DNA from: Daphnia carinata
Lineage: Eukaryota
Length of the DNA: 64,000 bases
NCBI RefSeq assembly: GCF_022539665.2
Contig: NC_081332.1
Span: forward strand, 1,984,001 to 2,048,000
Direction of reading: 5' to 3'
Within the stretch, counting starts at the first letter, position 1; the number at the start of each line of letters is the position of its first letter. The notes beneath the pieces were generated by a model. The model had not been told where the DNA came from, did not search any database, and saw only the letters and a program-made list of their open reading frames with translations. Both the position numbers and the translations under genes were made by a program. Shown here in pieces: positions 15,301 to 29,000 of the stretch.

Positions 15301-16261
15301 CGAAGAGAATATGAACACATATCCTTATACAATAATAAACGCGTCTAGACTTGCGTGAGTTGTCCGTAACGACCGTGATTGCGCTGAGTTTTCATTTCTA
15401 CAAACAGCGAACCCGAAACTCACAAAGTCGACGGGGGCAACCCTTTGCCATTAATTTGTGCGTTTCCATGGCTACCTCTGTGTGTGTATGTGCGTATAGA
15501 ATAATTTGGCAACGCGATGATGATAGCCAAAGGCCGGCAATAGACAACTAACGGCGATATATATATAATATATATGTGCGATGAACCCCCCCCCCGTGTG
15601 TTATCATTAACGCGGCGTGCATTACACACGAACAGAGCATCAAATTATGGGACTAAATGCTAATACATCACTCCCTGCCTGGTACATGTAGAAATTTATT
15701 TTTTTCCTATTAGAGAGGAGGGACTTGCTGCTCTGACGTGTTGGCTGATTGTAATCAACGCCACTGTAACGCAAACTCGGGTCGTTTAATGTTCGTGTAC
15801 AAAGAGGATGACGCATTTTGCCATTGTGTCTAAACACACACACACACGTACAAGCGTTTGTCTGGCAACTACGCCGCAAGAGGGATCTCATAATGAACAC
15901 ATGACGCCAATGTTTTTGTTCGAAACGTCCAGTTACAATCGGTTGGCATAGAAACGGGATTTATTATGCAGATTAGTACATTGGCGACGTCCATGCCACT
16001 TACTGAATCCCCCCCCCACCCCAACTGGCAAAGATTTTCAATTTTTTTTTTTTAGAAAATCATTTTCTCGCCGAGCCACGTGAAGTTAGTGTCTAATGGA
16101 AGCCCGTTGCCCCTCTTTCGAATGGGGGGATAGCTCCTACTGCATGTTTTGAACGGAATAATCTCATTTGCTAATCCGACTCCTGTCCCCCGCCCATAAG
16201 CGTAAGCCCGGTGAAACACGGGCGTGAAAACCAATTGCAAGCAACGCCATCTTTAATATTC

Positions 16262-16292
<31 letters not shown>

Positions 16293-17019
16293 GGGAAATA
16301 CATGATGTAGTAATAACATGTCAAATACTACTATTCTACAACCATTACTAGCCGAAGGCGATTGGCCTTTGGATCGGACTTTCTTCTTAGTGTGAAAACA
16401 GCATTGTCAGCTTAATTTTGAGGATAGTAAGCCGCAGGGCATTTGCCTAGAGGCGGAGGGCATAAAATTCATCTTTAATGAACGAAACAGCGAAACGTTT
16501 TTGAATAAGACATGGATCCAAGGCGACTGCCTGGGAAGATGGAAAGGTGTTCCAGCAGTTCATGTTTCTATGCATTGAGCTTAGATCTTTCATCTGAATC
16601 GCAAAACAAGACTCGATGTGCAGGACACGTAGAATCTTTTTTTTTTTTTTTCTATTCTGCCTCGATTGAATTGGGGGCGGGGGAAAAAATGGCCGCCGAC
16701 GCGAAATGAAATCTGAAAAATAAACTTTCATAAAACGTGACTCGTTTCTACCCTCGTTGAAAACAATTCGTTTCATCATTTTTGATGATTTCAGAATTTC
16801 TTTGGCTGACTCTGTTAGCCATCACCGTTCGTGATTATTTGCATAACTAAAATCTCAAAAAAAAAAAAGTGAAGTGAAACTAGCGTTTCTCTAAAGGCAA
16901 AGTCGTTTGTTTTCAACAAAAGTTTGTAACGAAGCAAAGTAAAGTTGGAAATGATGGACGGGAGTAAGCTCGCGTTCGTTACGGGGCGATCGTGAAAATC
17001 GACAAAACATCTGGTTTTT

Positions 17020-17051
<32 letters not shown>

Positions 17052-20000
17052 TAGTTTTCAAAGAAAAAGAAAAGAAAAAGTATATAACGATGGCACCTCA
17101 AGTACGTTTCCTTATAGAACCAGAAACTTGGATTCAGCCAACATATTGCAAACCTATACCAATTGAATCGAGTTTTTATTATTAGACTCGTGAAAATAAG
17201 AAAAACTTAGCTACCAAACAAAGTTTTTACCGTTCATTATTTATTACATCCGTCTCGTTACCAATATGATTCGCCCCTTTTTTTTTGCTGCAAGTTCAAA
17301 CTTGATTCAAAAAAGAAAAAAGAAACGTTACCTTCCAGATGACAAAATGTTTCATTTTGATGAAAACCTATTTTTTCCTATTCGTATGGGCGATCAACTC
17401 GCCTTGAAACTTTGCCTTTCTTTTTACTTCTTAAAAAGTATATATATATTTGATAAGAGTCGAATGGATAGACAGAGGACTTCAATATTCGATGTACCCG
17501 ATTATACGTTGCCATGGAAAACTGATAAACACAGCGCCAACGTGTGAGACAAGCACAAGCGCGTAAGACATCAAAATCAAAAATGTGTTTTTTTTGATTT
17601 TCTTTCAAATAAACGCCCCCCCCCCAATCCCTCCTTGAAAACGTGTGTGTAGATACACTTACCGGTTATTGCTAATGCACATTACCCAACGTATATAACT
17701 ATAGCGTCATTTACACTTGAGAGATTGTTGCCCAGCGGGGCCAGGTGTGCATAACACACGTATATAAAGAATCAGTTCAGCAGGTATACAAGTCCAACTT
17801 CCAAACTCAATAGTTTTTTTTTTTTTTTTGTACCAATGTATCTACAAGGTCTTTTTCTTTTTTTTTTTCAAGGGAGGCGCATCCAGCGTTGCCAATATAC
17901 ATCGAAAAGTTGTCTGAAGCAACTACCCCATCCCCACCCACGTATTTATCGGTGAACGCCATCAGCCCAACTGCATCACTGGGATGGTGGTAATAACGTA
18001 ACACCTGGTGACCTGTTACGCAGCATAAATAACGCAATCGTTTGTCTTTGTTCTACTTTCCTCCGTGCGCTGGGTGCTTCGCAACTGTCGCATAAACTGG
18101 TGTGTGTGGGTGTTTACTTTTGTAACCCCCCCTCCCCCCCGTTGACAAGCAAGTTAAGTTTATTTTTCATTTTCAAAGTTGTTTCTTTTTCTTATGGCCA
18201 CTTCCGCCGTGGCTCGGATGAAGACGTACGGCTGTAAAGGGAATTAAAAGTACCGAGCTTAGATGCAGTTTTCTATTTCTGAGATGTACTTAGGCCCTTC
18301 CTAATACCTACGATTGTAAGTATCTATTAGAAATAGAGGGGGGGGAAAAATCAAGATGATTTATATTTACTGGATTTAGTGGATCAGATATTTCCTCGAT
18401 TTCGTTTCACAATCCTCGTTTTTATTTTCATAAGCTCAGAGCCTCTCTCTTCGTTGTAATGGGAAAAAAAAAATGAGCGGTTAAAGCAAAGAAAAAAAAA
18501 CGAGAAAATAATGATATGCAAGTGGTTAATCGAAATAGAAAGGGTCGCATCAAGCAGCGCTACCTAAAGAGATTGCCAAGTTACGTCACTCGGTAGATGG
18601 CGTTAAAATGTTGGGAAGAAAAGCGATTTCCAAAAAAAAAAAAAATTAATAAAAATCAAATAAAATGTGAGCGCAAAAACGCGCTAAAATGCCCGCCGGC
18701 ATTCTTCACAATTTTGGCCGAGATTCGATGCGTGCGCATAATTTATAATACCACACGCGTCAGTTGGTGTCATTCTTCTCCTCTCTCTCTCTCTGCCCTG
18801 ATTCAAGTTCGACACATTCGTTAGCTTCGAACGTACAACATTGCCAGACGATCTCTTCCGGGGTTATTACACAGAATATGTAAATTCAGAAATACGCGAA
18901 GAGAGCGGTCCGCTTTCGATGAAATTCAAAAGTTCAATCTTTTTTTTTTGTGCAAATTTCTAACCTTTGGAAGGAGCGCAAAATGAAAGATCAACAACAT
19001 TGTCAAGAACGTCGAGAAAAGCTGAGCAATGCTCATTCAAACAAAAATCGGGAAGGAACGCATCATCGCCTTATTTATGATTCAAAATGATAAGATTACG
19101 TTTCTTCTCTTTTTTTTTTCAACAATTGTGCTGATACCAGCAGCCCCCCCCCCCACTCGTTGCCATACCCATCAAAATATTGGACAGCCATGTTATATCA
19201 CGATCGCCTGCGGGGTAATACCCGTCTACAACTTCACGTTATTCCTACATCATTTAAATAACGCCCCCCCCCTCTCGCGTCCAAAATAAAATTTCAATAA
19301 TACCCAAAATAATTTTTTACTCTCTTTTTTTTTTTTTGCAATAAAAATAGAAAAAAAGGCACAGGGTTTCAACTCAATGTGACAATGCAACCCCCCCCCT
19401 CTCTTTTTGCGACAACGTGAGAAGAACACGAGTTATAGCCTCAGGATCAATAGCTTAATACGAGGGTGGGGAGAGGGGGGTCGTGTCTCTCTGCCGCTCA
19501 CGCCCGAACGTGTACACGGTAGAATAATAAAAATAAAAAAAGACGGAACTCCTTTTTTTTTTTTTTCCTATATCATTTTCTGAGTGTGTGTGTGTGTGTG
19601 ACGCGCATTTTTCTCTCTGTTTTTCTGGGTTGACGGCGCCCATGTTTGCCCCGCTCGCCATATATATATATGACCGACTGGCACGCGCTCACACGTATAA
19701 CGACGTCTGTCACGCAAACGACCGTCAGACTCGAACGCGGCCAAACACAGCGAATTATGCGCGCGATATATTCCCCCCCCCCTCCCACAGATTTTTTTTT
19801 TTTTTTTAATGTTCAAAGAAAAGAAAAGAAAAAAAAAAGAAAATTGTTATTACCTTGAATATTTGATAGTAGAGGAAGACCATGATGATGCACGGGATGT
19901 AGAAGGATGAAAGTGAAGAGTAGATAACAAAGTCCGCGTTGTAGAACGCGCAGTCGGTCGAGATACGACGCTCCGAGTAATTCAGACCGAGGACGATGGG

Positions 20001-23000
20001 CAAGCCGATGGCGGCGGAGATGGCCCAAACTAGCCCGATAGTCAGCCAGACTCGTTTGTGGTTCTTGTGGCGGGCGTACTTGATGGGCTGAGTTACGGCG
20101 ATGTACCTGCACACACACACACACACAATAAACAATTTTCATATCTTTCATTTAAAAAAATAGTTCTTTTAACATCCAAAAAATGCTGCAATTGAATGTG
20201 ATGGACGATTAAGAGTTTGATCATGTTGAATTCAAGAAACAAAAATGTATGTCGATTGTGGTGGCGGGAAAAAGGAGCTTGACACACAGTGTGTGTAGAG
20301 GGCGTCGTGAGCTGTCGAAAGAAGAAAAAAATAAAAAGAAAAGAATTCCCGTCCGCGATTGATTTGAAAGCACCAGCCGACGTCAATAACACGCGCCATT
20401 GGGCAAACGGGCAGCCGAATCAAATTGAACCTTTTTGTTGTTATTCTACGCAATCGGATCGGAACAAATAGGCAGAAAAAAAAGAGAACGAACGAACGGA
20501 GGGGGGAAAAAAAAGGTCAAAGGAGATGAAATCAAAACCGATGGGTCTATATGTATTATAATAATAATAATAATAAGAGGGGGGAAAAAAAAAGAAGCGA
20601 GGGACTTTGACGCTGCGCGATTCCAGGCCGACGCTCTTTATTGCATTCTTCAAGATGTTGCTCGCCCCCGTGTAAAAGAGAAGATCCTCTTATATGGCCC
20701 CTCGTCGTCATCAAAAGACATCATTTCCTAATACAAATCTTAGCATTTCTATTTATTGCCGACGATAAGACAAACGCGCAATTATGTCTTCCCTTTTTTT
20801 TTTTCTTGTTTTCTCGTTGATTGTTTTTTTTGCTGTTGTTGAAATTCGCTTCCTTTTTACACGGTCTATACGTCCACAGTTGACATTTGGAATGAATACA
20901 GTATTCAATTCGTTAAGGAATTACTTAGAAAAGCTCTTGCCATGGTCAATATTACATTGACCATGCTCTTGCCAACAAAATTAATGTTATCTCGCGTTTT
21001 AAAGCTATGGATACGGGAAGACACCGTCTAACCTTCATCTGTAATTAAAATGCATTTACGTTTAATACATATTCAAACAGCTGTTAAAAATTTCATTTTC
21101 GTTGATCCGACGTATTAATATCGTTCTGTTTTAAGTTCCCGCTTTTTTTTGGGGGGGGGGCTATTCTATTATGCATGTCATTGATCATGTAAATGTGTTT
21201 AGCTTAAGATGTCGGTTGATCCCTTCTTTTTTCATTAGATGTAAGAGATGACCTGTTGGTAAATATCTCATGAACACGTTTGCATGGCTAACTTTTTCAA
21301 CGCGTACCTCTCCATAATACGAATAGTTCTCATCAATTAAGAAGTTACAGTAGCTTAGAGAAATGAAACTCACGTTGCTTTTCGTCGGTTAGCCCATCAA
21401 ATGTTCAAAATTTCTAAATCGAATTTTCCCCCTCGACCGTTTGATATTTCGTAGAACTTTCGTGTTCTCAAACAGACTCGTTTAAAATCTTTAAAAATTT
21501 TTTTTCTTGTACACTTCCTTCTCTACTAGCAAATTGAATTGCCTTCGCGTAGCTGAGGGCATCGCCGCCGGGAATACGAAAGCCTGCATCGCTGAATGTT
21601 TTTCTCTGTATCCAATATCGTTTAAACGATGATAGATGGCCGAGATATACGCGGATGCAGTTGTTTGCAAAGCCATCAAAAAACATTCATCAATAACAGA
21701 CAACTGGCAACGCTGCAAAACCTAATCTTTTCTTCTTTTTTTACGACCGTAAACGACTGTTCCGATTTTTCGTAAATATAAATTTTAAAAAATGTGACGA
21801 GTACAATAAAAGAAAGAAAAAGACAATTGACTGCTGCGTGCTGACGTTCTACAGCCTTACGGGTAGAACACGAAAAAAAAAGGGGAAAAGGGAAAGAAAA
21901 AACACGCCATCTATTCAGCACGCTCTACTTGTCTGCGTCCTACGATTTCGGCTTGGTGATCATTCGTCTATAAAAACTCAACACACACACACACACGGAT
22001 GTTGTGTGTGTGTGTACAGTGAAAGATTGGATGCATAGGCAGCGGAGCGTGTACAGACGGAATAGAATCACGTCCATCAACTTGGTGGGTTTGCACCGCC
22101 ACTGGATTGAGGCGGTGGCGCTGCGAACCGCACACAATCACCTACTTGTCGTTATTTACAAGTCCAGACAAGTACCACAAGGAGATGCGGTACCGGTGGT
22201 GTGTACGCCGTGCAATGAGAAATGGGGAAACGAAAATGAAATGCTTGTCCACTATCTAAATACACTTTACTTGATTGCACAACTCGAGCGCAATTGCTAC
22301 ATCGTTAAGTTCTCTTCCCCACTTGCCCCGCTCTCCCAAGTGTTGATTTAATAAAAAAAACTTTAGCGATTTCTTGTTTTGTTTGGTACCCCCGTTTGCT
22401 CGAACGTGTTGCCCAAGAAGCGAGAGATCATCAAGGTCAAGATGAAAACAAATTGGGTTTGCATTTCAAGTTGTTAATCAGAGTTTCTTACTTTCGTTGG
22501 TCTTCGATTGAGTGCAAATAGAAAATGTTGTCTCCCCCCCCCCCTTTTTTTTTTAATTCTACCGCCTACACTTGCTGTTTGTCCTTTTCTATAGATGAAA
22601 AATCGTCGTATCATTTGGCCAAAAGTGGGGGGGGGGGATCAGAAAAAACACAAGTCTGTACTTTAAGTAAAACCAACAAAAAAAAAACACTAAACAAGCA
22701 GCGTAAAGTAACGTTTCACGAAGGAAGAAGACAAATAAAAGACGAATGGAAAAGGACGTGCACGAGGCATCTCTGATTGGCTTCTAATTCGCCGTCGAGC
22801 CAAGGATTTACTGCCTCAGGCTGTCGACTCCTCGCTCCCTCAAGGCTTTTGCCTCGCGACTCTAGCCCCTCTGGCATTGTGCGTGTACATTTGCGTGATT
22901 TTCTTCTCCCTTTTTTCTTGATGCATCTCTTTTAGACGATCACGTATAAATGTTTCAAAAAATAAAAACAAACTTTCTTATACTTGTAGAGCAAACCCCA

Positions 23001-26000
23001 GTACGAAGACGATGTTTGGAACTAGTCAAACAGCAGAGGCCAAAAGAAGGGGGAAAGCGAGGTTGCTGTATAGCCCAAATCGAATCTCTTTCTGCGAACA
23101 AGTTGATAGATTATCTCGATGCTTTTTTTTGTAGCGAAATGTAATCTTTTGTGGAGATTTTTTTTTTTCAAGTGGAAAGATCAGACCTTAAGCATCATTT
23201 CGTCTGAGAAGCAGATTATAATAGTTAAAAATGAAGTTCTACTTGAGTTCTGACTGATGTTAACACGGGGAGTACTTGGGATCAAATCGCATATTTATCA
23301 TCTCAATATTTTTAGATATTTTGATTAAAAGGATCTTTTTTACTATTCAAATTTGTAGTTTTTGTAAATTATAGGTCATTGGCCAGCACTTAAGATTAAA
23401 AGATGTTCGCGAAAAGCAACAACCGGTAGCGTCAATAAATCGACTGGAACTCCAAGACAAATAAGAAATTGGTACGACGACACAGAAGAAAGAACAACGA
23501 AAAAGGAATCAAAACTTCCAACTGAGCGTGCACTAAAAAGAAAAAAAAGAATACGAGAACGAGGTGAGGTTTTGCCGTGCACGCCGAATCGATCGTCGAT
23601 CCCTATCATCCCGTTCTTCTTTTGTTTTTTCCTTTTCTTGTTACTCACGACGCCAGTGAAACGCACGAATGTCTTGGCACGGGGAGGAGTTAGATACACA
23701 CTTTCCATTTCAAAAGCAAGGAAGCATATACGCACACACTCTGTAACAATGGTGTTTGAAAAACTTGTGAGCTCACGAAATAAAAAGAAATGTTTGCCTG
23801 CGTCTTTTCGTGTTTACCCACTGTCTACACCATGTGTGCTAATTACTACTGCACGTGTTTCAAGCCTCATTAGATGTGTTTTTCTAATCGAACTTTTGTG
23901 AGATATGCAAAATGTAGTTCATTAAAGTTTGCCCTCGTTGCCTGTCGAGTAGGAAAACACGTTTTTTTTTTTATATTTACCTGTCAATGCTGATGGCCAC
24001 CAAGTTGAGGATGGACGATGTGCTGCACGTCACGTCCATGGCGATGTAGAAGTCGCAAACGACGTCCAGAAGATCCCATTTGGCGTTCACCTGAATCCAA
24101 TGACATCAAAAAATGACACGTATTAAATGATGCAATTCTTTCGTTCCTATTTTTAAACTACATTCACGGTGATATATAAAACAACTCACGCGTGTCTGTG
24201 CCTTTTTTTTTTTCAAATTACCAGATAGATGTCGTATATCATTTACACAGTACGAACATTCCACGGCGCAACTTAATTATGTTGGATCGGTTTTTATCCA
24301 ATCAACGGCCGTCTTTTTTAATTTCTCGAGCAATTTGCAAAAGTACGTTGAAGAACCCAAACAGCGAACAAGCAACAACATTTTAAATGGGGTCATCAGA
24401 CAAACGATTTACTGTGATTGAGCGGGATAGAAAAGATTGATTGACTTACTTATTATGCACGAATATACAGATACAAATCGCTGCTGTTGGCTAATCTCAA
24501 TTGAATAATTCACAACAAGAAAATCAGATCTCTCCGTTAAAACAGTAGAAACAAACTAATGGCTGCTCACCTAGTGTCTCTGCTAAGTTGAATTAAACTT
24601 AAATGCTTCTTTGAAAGTTCACTTCCCACTGCGTGCACAATTACATCTTTACTGAATACTGGGAAACTGTTGCAATCTGAGTCCCTTAGGTGGCCAGCCC
24701 TTTCACGGTGAAGGAAGGGTAAGAAACAGAAAAAAGCTTTCATGATCGTGGGAAGTGTGGGAGGGGAGAACTAAATTTTGATGCCAAATGTTTTGTGCTC
24801 TAGGGAATTGATTGTGAAAATTTGTTGAGCGCCAAATGCCAAGAGTTTCAAAGACAATGTGATTTCCATAATGAAGGAGGTGGGGGAAGCAAACAAAAAA
24901 CAAAGAAAAACAAGTTGTTTTTGATTTCGAAACGAAAACAATATGTAAATCTTTCGAAGGTCACCCAAAAAACAAAGAAAAAAAAACGCTTTCAAATGAA
25001 CAAACAAAAAAATATTCTAATTTTGCCTAATCCCTTAGAAAAACATTAGATTGATGTACTCTTTCTATAACCACGTAGCTTTAATTAATGAGACAGGGAT
25101 CTACTTGATTGAAGAATGACTCACAATTGGGCACGGGTCAAACGAAAATCTATCTCCCCCCCCCCACTCTATTTTTCGTGTGTGGTGTCTGGTTTACCTA
25201 TGGCTTTGTGTAAAACATATAGCGGATTAAAAGTTAGGCCTTATTAGCTCACTACATGAGAGAGAAGGGAATCGAACACAAGCCCTCAATGTTGTAAACA
25301 ACAACAAAAAACTAACGTACCTTTCGAGAGCTAACGAGCTTTTCTTTTTCCGAGAAAACAACGTAAAGAACACTCAACTGGGCGCTTAATAAATACAGAA
25401 GACGTCATCAGGTTGTGAAAGCATTATAATCATTGGCAGCCCCGATATTCTACGCCTATTGTCTTCGATTCTCTTCTCCAACACATGTGCGATATCGGGA
25501 GGCCGCCATTAGACGCGTATAGAATGAAGCCTTAGGTCATATGTAATTAGAAGACATCTTCGTCGTTTCGAATATATCACCGTAAAAAATAATACGAAGC
25601 CCGTAAGTAAATGAGGAGCGGGTTTGACGGCCGTTAATAGGCAACTGAGGCCATCAATTTTAGTTTCAAGATTTTTTTTTTATTGTGTCTCGCCTTGCAT
25701 TGAGATCTGGTTTCACTTTTAGGTTAAAAGACGTGGGTGCCGTCCATTTTTAGGGGATTTAATAATAGCCATAATAATAAAGGTAAAGTAGCACATTTAC
25801 AGGGTTAACTGTTTTCGGCCACCTCGGAGAAGACTTAAATTAATATAGTGGCTCGTGTTTCTCTCGTTTAGTAATTCAATTAGATTTATAGCCTAATAAT
25901 GAAGCCAATTAGTTTTACGGCTGTATATAAATAACCATTAAGACTTTTAATGAAAATCGCTTGGACGATCAAGCTGAAGCTCTGGGCTGTATAGAACTAA

Positions 26001-29000
26001 CGTTTAGTGAAAGTGTGTTGGACTTGGAAAAGTTCAATAAGTTGCCAAATTTTTCTTTGCCCAATCAATCAGATAAAATAAAAATAATCATAAGAAGAGC
26101 AATTCAAACTCTGTGATGTTGTGGATCCACACGAGTCAAATCCAATCGTGAAATGAAATGCTTCTCTGATAATGATTATGGCAATGACGTCGTAAGATCC
26201 TGTTATGACACAAGCTCTCTTCATTAATTAAAAGAAAGAGGACGAAATTCATGAAGGCAATATGAAGTGAGACAGAAATTTTAAGTTGAAGAAACCCAGA
26301 AGAGAATAATATTGCCCATCAAGCTTATGGAACTATAATACAGGTTCGCCCCTCTCAACAGCCATCCACTTGGCTCAGTTCATCAGATCAATATGAGGTA
26401 GAAGGTACGTTCTCTTGTTTTTTTTCTTCCTTTTTGTGTGTGCATGTTGAAAAATCAAGTCTCTTAATTAATCGATGCAACTCAGCCGTGTCATTTAAAT
26501 ACTTTTCACTCCATTGCAGCCCATGTTGGCTTTACTGTTAAATTTTGATTGAATCTAGTGCAGATACACGCTGATATTATTGATAGAGAATTTAAGTTTT
26601 GACTTGAGATGGCTGCCATCACGCTAACCCCCGTCAGTGTTAGTACGTGCATAATTAACGAGGTGCTGCATTCCGTACCTAAGTTTGGTCGAATTTGTCA
26701 CGTGAGCACTGCCTGCTGAAAACTTGAGCATACACGCCTGTAGATGTATCGATATATTCTCTCGTTGGCGTCAATGCTTTTATACGACGTGCCAATCAAA
26801 AGGTTGCGTGCGATACCAGAAAGGAGAATGACAAACAAAAATCTAGGACTGCTGATCCCACAAAGGCCATTATAATGTAAACATTGTGGCACATTCAACA
26901 AAGCACAGGATGTTGTATTACATTTCAAGTCAAACATTTGAGACCATTATGATGTGCTCTTAGAATTTCACATAATTATGCTTTTGCTGCTTGAAAGATA
27001 GCTGCAAAATTAGTGTGGCTTGGCACTGTCATTTTGCTATTAGGTGTCATAAAAAAATTAAGCAGTAAATAACATGGTAGTTAAATACCTGTCAATGTTT
27101 TGTAAATTTTCCTACTCTAGTCAAGGTAAACAGGCATAAGTATCCCTTAATGTACAAATCCAACAAAAATCAGTTGTGGAGAAAACTTAAATGGAAAAGT
27201 TTAGCCAGTCAATTAATTAGATTTGTAAATGCTCTATAAAAGTACCCATCTAACAAGTTCCTCTGTGTATAGACTTTCCAGATTGTGATTCAAGCCAGTG
27301 ACATTCTCCGTATAATTCAAAGTTTGCTTTGTTCTTAATTAAATGTTGGCATTCAAAGTTCGTCGACCAACTGCCAAGAAATATGCACGTTGATGGTAAG
27401 AACTATTCTACATTTACAACTTAAACATTCTTTTTTGCTCTATACCATCACCGAGTGATGTTTGTACACAGTGACATAGCAGCACTACAATTTGGGATTT
27501 CCAAAGCGGAAAGTGGTGTGTCACCACCGATCTTTGCGCCATATAAACACCGATTCTATAAGATTCGACGGCTGGGTGAACAGTGTCACGAGCGTGACCA
27601 GAAAAAAAAAATGAAAAAATGCTTATATTTAGCCCCATTGGAAAATAGAAATGGCTGTCTCTAAACACAACAACCACCCTGAAAAAGAGGCAAAGACACG
27701 GTCCCTTTTTTCAATGATTTTTGCTGTAAGGCCCTAATGTACTCTATAGTCAGAGCTCTTTCCTGCCTGTGATGGTGGCTGCTATTACGCTCTCTCTCTT
27801 TCAAGATTACATGTATATAATATTTTGCAGTGAACTCGTTGGTCGTTCTACAGAAGGAAATGAGAATGTCAAGCTTTCCCTTTTTGCACGCCATCGCAAC
27901 AACGACAAAAACGTCAACATCCATTACTATTTTTTCTTTTTCCTTGCACAAAACAACTTGGAGATAGTGGCTCTTTCTAAACGCAAAGATTTTTTTTTCT
28001 CCACACGTATTTAGATATTTCATAGGGGGTCGCCATGCATAGCATTTAAACGCGATCTACCTAATTCTATTATCCGGGCACACACAACACAAAGTCCAGG
28101 GCCTACGTTGCGACATTTATTTATTTTATAAGACGATGCAAAGACTTGTCTGCCGGTTGTCGCACAGGTCTCTAGGATTACATCAAACAGCTTCTTGGTA
28201 TTACGGTTTAAAATACTATTTACGTTTGCAATGCGTCTCCAGGAAGAATCTCGAATTGATTTCTATCTTTTCTTTAAAATCTTAACAAATAAAAGAAAAA
28301 GGTTTTGCTTTTATTTTTTTAAGAACAACACTTGTAAATATTAGGGGGGTGGACACGGAACGAGACACGTATAGCGCCGCAGCTGTTCCGTGTGTAGTAG
28401 AGAATCGTCAAAAATTGGCATGTCAGTGTGATATATCGTACACACGTCTATGAGATTGTATGTGCGTGCCTGTTGTTGGCCCTCTCACTTAGCCCAATGA
28501 ATGTACACGTCATCTCTTTACTTTCATTTTGAGTTCCTGCTTTTCTTTGCAGACCGGAAACGCCTACAACAGGAAAGAGAAGAATACCATCGTATATCTT
28601 AATTATGGTTTTAGTATCTATAGGGAAACTTGGAGTAAAAATGAAGAACGTGACCAAACGAACTCGTTGACGGACAGTCATAGGTATCATTCAGTTAATG
28701 GACAGTGTCCCGGTTTTTTGGTCATCGAATGAAAGGATGGACCAATTGTTCTTTCGCTCCAGCTGTGCGATATTTTCAATTTTTGTTACTTTTCAATGGA
28801 TGGTATGAAAAATTAACGTGCCATTTTGAAAATTACAAAAATACTAAACGCAGGTGAGAGTACCCTTGGGTCTTATTCATCTAGAAAAAAAAAGTAGAGT
28901 GTTCGTTGGGATTCGAACACTCGACTCGTTCAGCCACCACAGAATATAAGACCTGTTAAAAAAGGGACTTTTACGGTCTTCCTCTGTGAGCCAGCAGAAC

